NCBI GenBank assembly: GCA_964455375.1
Contig: CAYVXE010000011.1
Coordinates: 2,255-66,254, forward strand
Length of the DNA: 64,000 nt
Direction: 5' to 3'
Source of the DNA: an uncultured Calditrichaceae bacterium
Lineage (GTDB): Bacteria; Zhuqueibacterota; Zhuqueibacteria; Oceanimicrobiales; Oceanimicrobiaceae
Shown here piece by piece: positions 1-9,715 of this stretch. A program made the position numbers and the translations under genes. The notes under the pieces are model-generated. The model did no database searches. It had not been told where the DNA came from and saw only the letters and a list, made by a program, of their open reading frames with translations. How positions within the stretch are numbered: the first letter of the stretch is position 1; the number at the start of each line of letters is the position of its first letter.

Positions 1-105
1 CGGCGCACATGCTTCGCGGAATAACGCCGTGCTCACCGACAAATTTGGAGCGCAGCGGAAAATTTGTCCGAGTGCAGCGCTTTGTTAGCTGTTTTTATTT
101 GCGCA

Positions 106-585
106 TTACTCAGCGATTGATTTTTTATGTGGATTTCCTTTTCCAGTTTCTAAATAGTTTTTTAAACTTTCTAAGAAATAACCCCATCCTCCTTCACAGA
201 TTTCATAGCATTCAAGGGCTGGGATCAAGCCTTCATGAGTGAAAGTAATCTTGCTTCCTGACCCATTTTTCTCAATTTTCCATTTAATGCTGGTTCCTTT
301 CCATTCATCTTTTGTTGATATGCTTTCAAGATCGTGATTTGCTTCAATAACCTTCCAGGCAAGAGATTGATTTGGGGAAGCCTCGGACACTGTCATCACC
401 CAAGATGTTGTTTTCCCAAATTTAACGGTCAGCTGTTCTCCAACTTGCAAAGCCTTGTTTGATAATTCGGTCCACCATTTATCAATCTCTTTTGTAATTG
501 CGTTGTACACAAATTCTGGTTTTGCAGAAACTAACATTTCTGTTGAATAACCTTGTTCTGGCATAATTAATCTTCCTGATTTCAA
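106..585 (-). CDS. SRPBCC / AHSA1 (activator of Hsp90 ATPase)-like START-domain protein
   Basis: 159-aa ORF. Size and hydrophobic-pocket pattern fit polyketide-cyclase / SRPBCC small proteins. No signal peptide. Confidence 0.55.
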   Translation of the reverse strand: MKSGRLIMPEQGYSTEMLVSAKPEFVYNAITKEIDKWWTELSNKALQVGEQLTVKFGKTTSWVMTVSEASPNQSLAWKVIEANHDLESISTKDEWKGTSIKWKIEKNGSGSKITFTHEGLIPALECYEICEGGWGYFLESLKNYLETGKGNPHKKSIAE

Positions 586-750
586 AATTGTTGGCCGACC
601 TTAATACAGCTAACGCTTCACGCGCGGCGGGATTTAAACGCACGGAGCATTCTGAAAAGACAAACTCTGAAAAATGCACAAAACTAGCCCATACCGCCAG
701 CGCTAGCTTTTCAAGAATCTTATAGTGAAGTGTTCTTCCCCGATCATAGT

Positions 751-3426
751 TTATTTTTTCGCCGCAGGTGCGAGCCTTTTGAGTTCTTCAAACCAATTCT
801 GTACTAGGTTTATATTATTTGAGAGTTCATCGTCTAATCCGGAATGTGTGTCTTTTATTATTAGAAATGAATCTCCAAGAGGATCAATATCAAAAACTCT
901 GGATAGCGTTGCGGCATATATTTTACTTCCTGCGTCAAAATAAAGCATAGGATTTTTATAAGTAAAAACACCTGTTATATCAACATCAACGGAATATATA
1001 CGTGTACTCTCCGGAGCTCGATAATAGAGCTTTTTCCCGTCTGGTGCCCATACCGGGTTAATTCCTCCGCCAACAGATACCTTCCATAATCCGGCATTGC
1101 TCTCCGGAAACTGCCGGACATAAATCTCAATTGATCCGCTTTCATTAGATTGGTATGCAACAAACTTTCCGTTTGGTGAAATTGAAGCATCTCCCTCCCT
1201 TGTGGATGTTTCCATATACTTTCTGGCAGTGCTGTCCTCAAGGGAATATACATATATATCAGATCCCTCATTAAAGAAGATATATTTTCCATCATCCGAC
1301 CAGTCAGATACAAAAGGAGTCGTTTTTGAATTGTAGATAGGGAATTCCCGGCTGGTATTGTCTGCTTTTTTAAGATAGATTCCGGGCAATGAGTCAATAT
1401 TTGTTGACGAAAATGCAATATAGTCACTTTTGGGAGACCACTCCATGCTGGAGATATTCCGTCCATTTAGAAAGGTAAATTGGCTCAACGATCCGCTTGT
1501 TATGTTATACAAGAAAATGTTACCAGCATATATGCCAATCGCAACAGTTTTCCTGTCTGGTGAATACCGGACCCGGCGTACAGATAGAGCGTTATCGTAT
1601 AATGTAGAAATTTTCCCGTCTGAATTTACTCTGCTAACCTTTCCAACAGGTACAGAGGATTGCGTCTCTGCACTGCCCGGTACATAAACCGCTGTTCCAT
1701 CGTTTGCAAGTGCGAACATCATCCCGCCGTTTAAACTCGTGTTCACATCATTCAACACGGGAACAGGATCACCAATCAACTCTCCTGAATCAATGTCAAA
1801 TGGGACTGCCATTATTGCCCCTGAACGTCCATAAAGGATATGACCGGAATAGGAGTATACCGCATTGTAGCCTTCCTCGTTGAGAAGGATCCGGTGCGTA
1901 CCTGTTTCAAACGAATAAAGTCCGATCCTGCTTTCTGAAAGCTGCCCAGGAGGACCAACCGAAAAGAGCATCTCCTTTTCACCCGGAAGAAACGACGGAA
2001 AACTTATCCGAAGTCCTTCATCTACTCCAAATAATGATTTGGGAATTCCGGCTGTTGCCGATACCTGGTAGAGAGTATCATGTGAACCATATACGATCGT
2101 ATCATCATTACCCCATGCAAACCCTAAATTATTTGCTCCGCCTCGAATTTTTGCTATCAATAGTGGTGTTCCACCATCAACGGTGACTTTTTTCAATTCA
2201 CCAACAACAGACATAAATCCGAGCCATCTTCCATCAGGTGAAAAAAAAGGACTTCTGATATTCGACCCCAAATCCGGGATGGAAAATGTTTCATAACTGT
2301 CTAAACTGCGTAAATGGAACTGCGCCTGTTCAACACCACTATAGGCATAATATGCCAGTTTACTTCCATCTCTGGTCAATGCAAGAGAATTCCAGCTTGA
2401 AGGATGAAAATGGATTGAGTCTTCCAAGACTATATTTGATTTTCGTAACGGACTGAGTTTTGTTGCTGCTGAATCCGGTTTCAAAAACCACGCAGCGATA
2501 AAAAACATAACCGCCCCGGTAGCAAATGCTGAAATTGTCTGATTTGAATATTTAAATTTAAAATTGACTTCGTTTTTTTTCGCCAGTGATTCAGATATTA
2601 TCGATGACCCCGTTTCATTTGTCCCAACTGTTTTCAGATCAACAGGTAGTTCGATGATATTCTGATATCGTTCGGCCGGGTCTTTGGCGATCAGCTTATT
2701 CACGATCTTTTCCAGGTCCATCGGCACCCCGGTTCGGACAGCCGTAAGGGGTTCCGGCGGCTCGTTCATGATGGAGTAGATAATGGCAGATTCATAATCG
2801 CCCTTGAAGGGAAGTTGGCCGGAGATCATTTCGTACAACACGACACCCAATGACCAGATGTCCGAGCGATGGTCGACGTTTTCTCCCTGGGCTTGCTCCG
2901 GTGACATATAGGAGATGGTGCCAAGTGTCGTGCCAGCTTTGGTGAGCATTGAAGCCGTGGACATTTTCGCCAGACCAAAATCCATGATCTTGGCAACCCC
3001 CTTTTTCGTGATCATGATGTTGGCGCTTTTGATGTCGCGATGCACAATACCGAGTTCATGCGCACAATGAAGACCCTCGGCGATCTGCTGTGCGATTTTC
3101 AAGGCATCCTTGATCTTCAACGGCCGCTTTTTGACCTCATCTGAAATGCTCCCGCCTTCAATATATTCCATGGCAATGAAGGTTGCGCCGTCATACTCAT
3201 TAATCTCGTAAACCGTTGCAATATTAGCATGGCTCAACTGCGCCGCCGCTTTGGCCTCTTGTTGAAAACGCTGTTTGTCCTCATCGGTCGCTAGTTGAGT
3301 CGTTGGCAGGAATTTCAACGCGACGGTTCTATTGAGCTTGGTGTCCTCGGCCTTGTACACGACACCCATGCCGCCTTCGCCGAGTTTTTCGAGGATTTTG
3401 TAATGAAGTATATTTTTTCCGATCAA
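751..3426 (-). CDS. Ser/Thr protein kinase fused to C-terminal TolB-like (PD40) beta-propeller
   Basis: The N-terminus has the GxGxxG ATP loop (LGEGGMGVVYKA), VALK, HRDIKSANI and DFGLAK catalytic motifs and an SPE motif. A TM segment follows, then repeated SPDGK/SPNGK PD40-like blades over about 550 aa. Confidence 0.85.
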   Translation of the reverse strand: MIGKNILHYKILEKLGEGGMGVVYKAEDTKLNRTVALKFLPTTQLATDEDKQRFQQEAKAAAQLSHANIATVYEINEYDGATFIAMEYIEGGSISDEVKKRPLKIKDALKIAQQIAEGLHCAHELGIVHRDIKSANIMITKKGVAKIMDFGLAKMSTASMLTKAGTTLGTISYMSPEQAQGENVDHRSDIWSLGVVLYEMISGQLPFKGDYESAIIYSIMNEPPEPLTAVRTGVPMDLEKIVNKLIAKDPAERYQNIIELPVDLKTVGTNETGSSIISESLAKKNEVNFKFKYSNQTISAFATGAVMFFIAAWFLKPDSAATKLSPLRKSNIVLEDSIHFHPSSWNSLALTRDGSKLAYYAYSGVEQAQFHLRSLDSYETFSIPDLGSNIRSPFFSPDGRWLGFMSVVGELKKVTVDGGTPLLIAKIRGGANNLGFAWGNDDTIVYGSHDTLYQVSATAGIPKSLFGVDEGLRISFPSFLPGEKEMLFSVGPPGQLSESRIGLYSFETGTHRILLNEEGYNAVYSYSGHILYGRSGAIMAVPFDIDSGELIGDPVPVLNDVNTSLNGGMMFALANDGTAVYVPGSAETQSSVPVGKVSRVNSDGKISTLYDNALSVRRVRYSPDRKTVAIGIYAGNIFLYNITSGSLSQFTFLNGRNISSMEWSPKSDYIAFSSTNIDSLPGIYLKKADNTSREFPIYNSKTTPFVSDWSDDGKYIFFNEGSDIYVYSLEDSTARKYMETSTREGDASISPNGKFVAYQSNESGSIEIYVRQFPESNAGLWKVSVGGGINPVWAPDGKKLYYRAPESTRIYSVDVDITGVFTYKNPMLYFDAGSKIYAATLSRVFDIDPLGDSFLIIKDTHSGLDDELSNNINLVQNWFEELKRLAPAAKK

Positions 3427-3533
3427 TATATTATCCTAAGTTCATTTCATTAAGTATAACGCAGCGATAACCGGCAACTTTGAGTGTGCTGTAGCGAAGC
3501 GCAGGCATGAATTTGAATTAGACATTTCTGGGA

Positions 3534-3686
3534 CTATTCTACCGATGCTGGGATTTTCTGAGATGATTCGGCCTTGCTTATGAGATAATTTGTAAAATCA
3601 ATCGCTCTCGTCGGACTGTCATTTACAATCAATTCTTCAATTTCGCATAAGTTTTTTAATGCTTCTTGGGTCCAAACGAGATTCAC
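3534..3686 (-). pseudogene. Truncated ParE/RelE-family toxin remnant downstream of Phd antitoxin
   Basis: A GTG start overlaps the antitoxin stop (GTGA). It translates as VNLVWTQEALKNLCEIEELIVNDSPTRAIDFTNYLISKAESSQKIPASVE then stop, which is a ParE-like N-terminus of only 50 aa. Other frames further downstream read RIVPEM and LKVAGYRCVI, resembling the ParE GRIVPE and YRIIY motifs. This suggests frameshift decay. Confidence 0.45.
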
Positions 3687-3976
3687 TTTGAGCTTCGTTT
3701 GGCTCTATTTTTTGCAAGTTCCACTTTAAGCTTCTTTGTTGAATAGACTTTTCCGGAATCAGCGTCAGAAACTCCTCGATTGATTGAATCGACGAACAGT
3801 TTTTTGTAAACTAAGCTATCATATTCTGTTGGAGTCAGCAGGACACCTGCAGGTTTACCATTTTGAGTAATAATTAACGGCTGTCCAGTTTCACGAATAT
3901 TTTTTATCCACCTGGATATATTTGTTTTAAACTCCCCGATTGGTACAATATCATTTGCGATTCGGATATGTTTCAT
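3683..3976 (-). CDS. Type II antitoxin, Phd/YefM family
   Basis: 97 aa. The N-terminal 60 aa match the Phd/YefM fold pattern (ITQNGKPAGVLLTPTEYDSL). The C-terminus is basic. An AAGGAG Shine-Dalgarno sits 8 nt upstream. Confidence 0.8.
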   Translation of the reverse strand: MKHIRIANDIVPIGEFKTNISRWIKNIRETGQPLIITQNGKPAGVLLTPTEYDSLVYKKLFVDSINRGVSDADSGKVYSTKKLKVELAKNRAKRSSK

Positions 3977-3990
3977 TATAACGCTCCTTA

Positions 3991-4014
3991 TTTAGACCAT
4001 TATACAAGTCTAAA
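3991..4014 (-). promoter_or_regulatory. Putative autoregulatory operator and extended -10 promoter of the Phd antitoxin
   Basis: A 7-bp inverted repeat TTTAGAC-N10-GTCTAAA lies immediately upstream of the Shine-Dalgarno sequence. On the transcribed strand it contains TTGTATAATGG, an extended -10 (TGnTATAAT). Confidence 0.4.
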
Positions 4015-4275
4015 TATAACTCATAAACGGAAAATTTTCAAATACTTTTTTCAAACTCTGGCGAATAGTTAACCGGCAGCATGGGATTAGTTGCACTGCC
4101 GCTGCTACTCAATTTATAGTTAATTTATTGCAAATTTCTGAAAAATCGCCGCCGCCCCTGCTGTCGGGTTGAATGACACGTTAGCGACGCAGCAGCGGCA
4201 CGAACGCTGCCACCATCAATACAAGATTTTGAACGTTCACGATGTTTTTTACGCATTGCTGGTGGTAGAAGATTT

Positions 4276-4668
4276 TCATTTGCTTTCATGTACTAACATC
4301 CATTGTACTCCATATCTGTCTTTTAGCATACCAAAATTATCTTCAATCGGGAAGAGAGTTTTACCACCTTTAGACAACTTATTGAAAGCTTCTTCTTTTG
4401 TTTGCTTATCAGAAAAAACTACATATAAAGAGATATTACTTCCAATAATTACTTCATGGTTTGGTAAATCGTCAGATGCTTTAAAGTGAACGTCTCCTGC
4501 TCTTAGTTCTGAGTTGAAAATTCGATTTTGAGACTCTTTAGGAACATCAATTGGCGAATCTCCAAATGTTTGCATTAAAGTAATTTCTCCGTTTAGAGAT
4601 TCTTTGTAAAATTCCATTGCTTCTCTACAAGTTCCAGGGAAAACGATATAAGGTGTTAGAGATGTCAT
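4276..4668 (-). CDS. VOC-family protein, PhnB-like (glyoxalase/bleomycin-resistance fold)
   Basis: 130-aa ORF. Its pattern (YIVFPGTCREAMEFYKESLNGEI...GMLKDRYGVQWML) is typical of the PhnB/YjdN 3-demethylubiquinone-9 methyltransferase-like VOC domain. Confidence 0.6.
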   Translation of the reverse strand: MTSLTPYIVFPGTCREAMEFYKESLNGEITLMQTFGDSPIDVPKESQNRIFNSELRAGDVHFKASDDLPNHEVIIGSNISLYVVFSDKQTKEEAFNKLSKGGKTLFPIEDNFGMLKDRYGVQWMLVHESK

Positions 4669-4753
4669 GATCGTAAGTCCGTGTTAGTTATTGTTTTAAT
4701 ATATGTTTGAAACTTTTTGGCAAAGAAATACTTAAATTCCTATTTATTTGTCC

Positions 4754-5089
4754 TTACTTCTTTGATGCTTTCGGTTTTAGTGATTTTACATAATTGTAGC
4801 TGTCGTTTAAATAGGATGAAAGCAATTCCAAGTTTTCTAATAGCTTTTCTGGCACTAATACGTATTCTTTCATTACTGCCCCATATGATTTAAATAAAGT
4901 TGTCTGATGTTCTTTTATAAATTGTTCCCTTTCTTCTTCTGGAAGTCGAATACCGATTTCAGCATCTTTATTTAGCTGTGAAAACATATGGCCATTAACA
5001 GATGTATATGGCATCGTCTTTCCCTTTCTTTCAAAATTCGGGTTTGTGTCTATTAGCTTATCGTAGAACTCCAATTTTTCCTTCCACAT
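4754..5089 (-). CDS. Small conserved hypothetical protein (DUF1801/TfoX-N-like, uncertain)
   Basis: 111-aa ORF with a clean start. I cannot assign a family. Confidence 0.35.
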   Translation of the reverse strand: MWKEKLEFYDKLIDTNPNFERKGKTMPYTSVNGHMFSQLNKDAEIGIRLPEEEREQFIKEHQTTLFKSYGAVMKEYVLVPEKLLENLELLSSYLNDSYNYVKSLKPKASKK

Positions 5090-5344
5090 ACCATTTTCCC
5101 TTTTTAATTACCGTTAACATTCAATTGTTCACCTGCTCACAGGTCGTCTGCGCCAGGCATAATAACCACTCGGCCTGACTTGCAAAGCCCGGCATTGGAC
5201 AATTACTGGAAATTCCTGCCTGTGCTCAGTATGGGGACACCTCGCTTTCTGTTTTCTATAAAATAAAAAAACTTAACTCCGTGTCCACTTTAATATAGCA
5301 AGATCATCCCAGTAAAGCCGCTCAATGTAGTTTTAAAATTAAGC

Positions 5345-6898
5345 TCAAGAACCTTTTCGTAACAAGAGAACCATTGTCATATCATCATTCTGTGGTGCGT
5401 TACCAAAATGTAAATTCACAGCTGCAATGATGTTTTCCATAAGCGCATCAGCAGAATAACCACAGTACCGTTGAACAATTTTCAGCAGGTTTTCATCACC
5501 AAACTCTTCCATCCGCTCATTCATTGCTTCGGAGATCCCATCTGAATAAATCAACAGTCGATCTCCCGGATTGACAGAGATTTCTTCTTTCTGGTAGGAC
5601 ACGTCTTCCTGCATGCCCAGCACAGGTCCATGAGTTTTCAGGGGGACAGGCTTTTTTTCCGGAGAAAAAATAAGCGGCAAGTTTTGTCCGGCGTTGGCAT
5701 AACACAGGGTATTTTTTTGGGTATCCAAAATTCCATAAAAAAGGGATACAAATGTTTTGGAGTCAATGCTACGAAATAGTAGTCTATTTGCCCTCTCCAA
5801 ACATTCATTGGCAGTTACATCAAAAGATGCTAGACTTCGAATTGTGGCTTGCAGGTTTGACATCACCAGAGCAGCCGCCAGTCCCTTGCCGCTTACATCT
5901 CCCAAGCCGATCGCCAGTCGATGATCATCCAAACGGATAAAATCATAATAATCTCCCCCAACATTTAAAGCGGGGATACTCATTCCGGCAATGTCGTACC
6001 CATCGATTTCGGGATTGGAGTTTGGCAGGAGATTTACTTGAATATTTCTTGCCATCCTCGCTTCTTCCAGCGACCTGATCCGGGCTTCCTCTGCCTTTTT
6101 GCGTCCGGTAATGTCGCGATAGATTGCATAAACTCCCATCTGTTTACCGTTATGAATAATAGGAGCCCCGATAATCCAGACATCAAAAAGAGTCCCGTCT
6201 TTACGTTTGCGTTTTGAATCATTGTCCGTTCTTTGGCCATGAATCACCATATATGAATTCGCAGCCGCATGCTCTTTGAACTCTTCTGAAGCGAGCAAAT
6301 CATTTATTGGTTGTCCGATTGCTTCCTCACGGGAATAGCCAAACATTCTTGTGAATTCATCATTGACATTAACCACAATATCGTTGTTGTCGTGCAATAC
6401 AATGGCCTCAGGAGCACTGTTGAACAACTTTTCAAGATAAGTTTTCTCAATGCGCAGTTCTTCCTCTGCTTTTATTCGTTCGGTAATATCCCGATAGATG
6501 GCATAGTCTCCCATCTGTTGACCTTCATGAACAATAGGAGCACAGAGAATTGAGACGTCAACGACAGTTCCATCCTTACGTTTGCGTTTTGAATCAACCT
6601 CTACTGTTTCCCGTTGAATCACCTTATGCGACAACATAGAAGCTTCATCCTGTAACTCTTCCGGAACGACCAACTCATTGATTGGTTCTCCTATAGCTTC
6701 CTCGCGAGAATAACCAAACATTCTTGTGAATTCTTCATTCACATCGACAATAATTTCATTGTCATCCTGCAATGAAATTGCCTCAGGAGCGCTATTGAAC
6801 AGCTTTTCGAAATAGGTTTTCTGGAGATAAAGTTCCTCCTCTGGTTTTTTAAGATTTTTTATACGTTTTTCTAATTCTTCATACGTTGGTTTACACAT
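5345..6898 (-). CDS. PAS-PAS-PP2C (SpoIIE/RsbU-like) serine phosphatase
   Basis: Two near-identical PAS blocks (LFNSAPEAI...FTRMFGYSREEAIG...DSKRKRKDGT...YAIYRDIT) precede a C-terminal PP2C/SpoIIE domain (GGDYYDF...GDVSGKGLAAALVMS...). Confidence 0.85.
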   Translation of the reverse strand: MCKPTYEELEKRIKNLKKPEEELYLQKTYFEKLFNSAPEAISLQDDNEIIVDVNEEFTRMFGYSREEAIGEPINELVVPEELQDEASMLSHKVIQRETVEVDSKRKRKDGTVVDVSILCAPIVHEGQQMGDYAIYRDITERIKAEEELRIEKTYLEKLFNSAPEAIVLHDNNDIVVNVNDEFTRMFGYSREEAIGQPINDLLASEEFKEHAAANSYMVIHGQRTDNDSKRKRKDGTLFDVWIIGAPIIHNGKQMGVYAIYRDITGRKKAEEARIRSLEEARMARNIQVNLLPNSNPEIDGYDIAGMSIPALNVGGDYYDFIRLDDHRLAIGLGDVSGKGLAAALVMSNLQATIRSLASFDVTANECLERANRLLFRSIDSKTFVSLFYGILDTQKNTLCYANAGQNLPLIFSPEKKPVPLKTHGPVLGMQEDVSYQKEEISVNPGDRLLIYSDGISEAMNERMEEFGDENLLKIVQRYCGYSADALMENIIAAVNLHFGNAPQNDDMTMVLLLRKGS

Positions 6899-7089
6899 TT
6901 TAAAACTCTCATTGTTAACACTTTAATAATCTACGGCATTAGTCACGATATTGTTTTCTAATGGATGATTAATCCCTCGAAAAAAGTTAGGTTTTCATCG
7001 CATCCTAACGACTGAGTTTCAGCGGTTGAAACTGCAAAGTCTTGTTATCAAAAAAGAAATGTACTTTGGTTTCTCAAAAAATTTCCACT

Positions 7090-7635
7090 TTTTCAGGGAA
7101 GGTTCAACGTCTGCTCCCAATGAAGTCGGGGTAACTGATATCACCTATATTTGGACAACGTCGGGATAGTCGTATCTGACGGTCTTCATTGACCTTTTTT
7201 CGCGGTTGGGCAATTAGCCGCTTCTGAGTCATGAAATGGTACTTGAGGCGCTTCAGAGGGCAATATGGCGCCGGAAGCCACCTAAAGGGCTGATGATCTA
7301 TTCTGACCGGGGGGTGCAATATGCCTTGTGACAGTTTCAGAGATGCGCTTAAACAGAACAGCTTTATACAAAGTATAAGCCATAAAGGTGATTGTTGGGA
7401 TAATGCTGTTGCTGAGTCGTTTTTCAAAACGTTTAAAACTGAGTTGACTTATCATGTCGATTTGTTTAATATTCATAGGTAAAACGAAATATTTTTGAGT
7501 ATATTGAGTTATTCAGTAATCGAGAACGTCTTCATACTACTCTTGGATACAGAACTCCCGCTGACTTTGAGCAACTTGTGTATAAAAAATGCGCATAACT
7601 TTGTGTCCATTTTTTCGGGGCCATATCACATCTTC
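7090..7635 (+). mobile_element. IS3-family transposase (OrfB, DDE) remnant, copy 1, 5'-truncated and frameshifted
   Basis: The translation reads SAPNEVGVTDITYIWTTSG, then a stop, then YLTVFIDLFSR, LMIYSDRGVQY, RKGDCWDNAVAESFF and IFEYIELFSNRERLHTTLGY across three frames. This is a nearly identical inverted copy of the remnant at 41240-42040. Confidence 0.7.
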
Positions 7636-7639
7636 CACG

Positions 7640-8065
7640 AAACCATTCGACAGACATTTCAAAAAAAGAATTGAAGCCCTGGTTGAAATATATGTGGTGT
7701 ATTCCCCCAGCCGCCAATGCAGCTTGTCTGGGCGATGGAAGACATTCTTGAAGTTTACAGGCGACCTTATGACCCGAATAAACCTTTGGTCTGCATGGAT
7801 GAGACAACCAAGCAATCGACCAAAGGAATACGCTGTAGAATTCCTTCTAAACCTGGTAAATCTACTCGTGTTGATTATGATATATGAGCGCAATGGCGTC
7901 AGCAATCTGTCATGTTCTACGAGCCGTTTGGCAGCAAGCGCTATGTGTCGGTCACGGTGCGCCGAACCAAAGTTGATAGGGCCCATCAGATAAAAGAATT
8001 GTTGGATGTTCATTACACCAATGTAAAAAAAAAGTTGTTTTGGTAATGGATAATCTCAAATGCAA
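7640..8065 (+). mobile_element. IS630-family (Tc1/mariner DDE_3) transposase fragment, frameshifted
   Basis: The translation reads ILEVYRRPYDPNKPLVCMDE, DYDYERNGVSNL, FYEPFGSKRYVSVTVRRTKVD and LVMDNL in shifting frames. It corresponds to the central part of an IS630 transposase. N- and C-terminal parts are absent. Confidence 0.55.
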
Positions 8066-8654
8066 CTTTTTCGAATCTTATGTATTGTATAAAATAAACA
8101 CTTTGACTGACAAAAAAATACTAAACGAAATCAGAATAAATCCTCATAAATTTGAAATAGTTTATAATGCACATTATGAATCTATTTTTAATTACTGTTA
8201 CCGACGAACTAATAATTTTGATGCGTCATATGATATTACTGCTGAAGCATTCCTTAAAGCCTACTTAAATATCAGGAAATTTAGATGGAAAGGAATTCCT
8301 ATCAAGAGTTGGCTTTACCGAATTGCAACGAATGAACTAAAAATTTATTATCGATCTAAGCAATATAAGCCAAAACTTTTTAGTGAAATCCCCCATGATT
8401 CAAAGGATTTTACATCAATTGAGACCTTATTGATCGAAAAAAATAATGCACAACTTGAAATGGAAAAATATGAACAATTCCGTCAGGTTCAAAAAGCCAT
8501 AACGAAGTTACCGTTAAAATACCAGGAAGTGATTACTCTAAAATATTTTGAGAATCTAAAATTAAAGGAAATAAGTGTTGTTTTAAATAAAAAAGAAGGA
8601 ACAATAAAGTCGTTACTATCAAGGGCGATTGAAAAATTAAAAGGATCTTTATAG
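8040..8654 (+). CDS. ECF-type RNA polymerase sigma-70 factor (5' end chimeric with IS630 remnant)
   Basis: Region 2 reads ITAEAFLKAY...WLYRIATNE. Region 4 has a helix-turn-helix (KYQEVITLKYFENLKLKEISVVLNKKEGTIKSLLSRAIEKLK). The first roughly 8 codons (VMDNLKCN) read as a continuation of the IS630 ORF. The true start may lie between 8046 and about 8100. Confidence 0.7.
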   Translation: MVMDNLKCNFFESYVLYKINTLTDKKILNEIRINPHKFEIVYNAHYESIFNYCYRRTNNFDASYDITAEAFLKAYLNIRKFRWKGIPIKSWLYRIATNELKIYYRSKQYKPKLFSEIPHDSKDFTSIETLLIEKNNAQLEMEKYEQFRQVQKAITKLPLKYQEVITLKYFENLKLKEISVVLNKKEGTIKSLLSRAIEKLKGSL

Positions 8655-8687
8655 TGCAACTAAAATTGAATACTTGTATTTTAGCAT

Positions 8688-9170
8688 ATGATGAGAACAA
8701 AAAATAATCCAGGAGATAATTTTATGTTAAAAATGAAAGTCCCCACAGTTGATGTTTCTCACCACCAAAGTGAATTTAGAATTACGCTTTTTAACACAAA
8801 AAAATCTGCTGTTCTCGGTTTGATTTTTCTAATCCTCCCGTTACTCTTTTTGAGTGGTGTAGTTTTGAAACATTATTTACAGATTGATTTTGGAATATTT
8901 ACATCGGTTTATGAGTGGATTGGAAACATGGACCAGGAATATGGGGATGGTTCGCTGTTGAATTGGGTAATAAGATTTTTACTGTTATTTGGTCCCCTTC
9001 TTGCGATCGGAATAAATTTAATTTCCATTGTCTACATAAGACACGAACCAATATCAAAAGAGATTTTAATTTCAATAAAACTAAAATGGGTTAATCTGGT
9101 AATCATTTTTTCATGTTTTTTTATTTTTTTCATATTCTTTTCTTATTTAATTCTTGAAAATATAAATTAA
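8688..9170 (+). CDS. Membrane protein, candidate anti-sigma factor (no recognisable ZAS motif)
   Basis: 160-aa ORF with three predicted TM helices, lying 34 nt downstream of the ECF sigma gene. Very AT-rich. Confidence 0.4.
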   Translation: MMRTKNNPGDNFMLKMKVPTVDVSHHQSEFRITLFNTKKSAVLGLIFLILPLLFLSGVVLKHYLQIDFGIFTSVYEWIGNMDQEYGDGSLLNWVIRFLLLFGPLLAIGINLISIVYIRHEPISKEILISIKLKWVNLVIIFSCFFIFFIFFSYLILENIN

Positions 9171-9199
9171 ACTCACAATATTTTATTAATAATCTTTTT

Positions 9200-9715
9200 A
9201 TGGATTCAACCAACTACGGGAAACCCAATCCAAACGCACCAGGCCAACTTTCAACATTTGCTTTTCTTGTCGGGAAGTGGGCCTGTGAGGTTGCTATAAA
9301 ACAGGCAGATGGAAGCTCCTCCCGACTTCAAGCAACGTGGGAAGGACATTATATTCTCGACGGATACGTCATCGCAGATGAATACAGAATGGTTGATGCC
9401 TCTGGAAATCTATTGATGTTAGGAATGAATTTTCGGGCCTATGATTCGGAAACGAATCGTTGGAATATAAAGTGGCTTGAAGCTTTATCTGGCACGTGGT
9501 TAGAACTGGGTCCGCAAAAGCTTGGTGGCGTCACTATTTCCGACTCTTCAATTGAATACAAAGCCGAATACAAACCAGGAGAACTGCATCGAATAACGTT
9601 TTCAAATATAAACGAGGAGCATTTCACCTGGAGTGTCGACATCTCAACGGATAAAGGTCAAACCTGGAATGAATCGGTGATGACAATACAGGCCAAACGG
9701 GTTCAAAACCACTAA
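9200..9715 (+). CDS. Hypothetical protein (DUF1579/lipocalin-like, uncertain)
   Basis: 171-aa ORF rich in Trp and Gly beta-strand pattern (LVGKWACE..., TWEGHYILDG). Confidence 0.4.
   Translation: MDSTNYGKPNPNAPGQLSTFAFLVGKWACEVAIKQADGSSSRLQATWEGHYILDGYVIADEYRMVDASGNLLMLGMNFRAYDSETNRWNIKWLEALSGTWLELGPQKLGGVTISDSSIEYKAEYKPGELHRITFSNINEEHFTWSVDISTDKGQTWNESVMTIQAKRVQNH

Noticed and set aside
9-242. A 77-aa plus-strand ORF at the window start.
   Set aside because: It is antisense to and overlaps the SRPBCC gene, with a low-complexity, Phe/Leu-rich translation typical of AT-rich antisense frames.
975-1687. 163-aa and 85-aa ORFs inside or antisense to the Ser/Thr kinase gene.
   Set aside because: They are fully nested in a strongly supported 891-aa kinase and propeller ORF and have no motifs.
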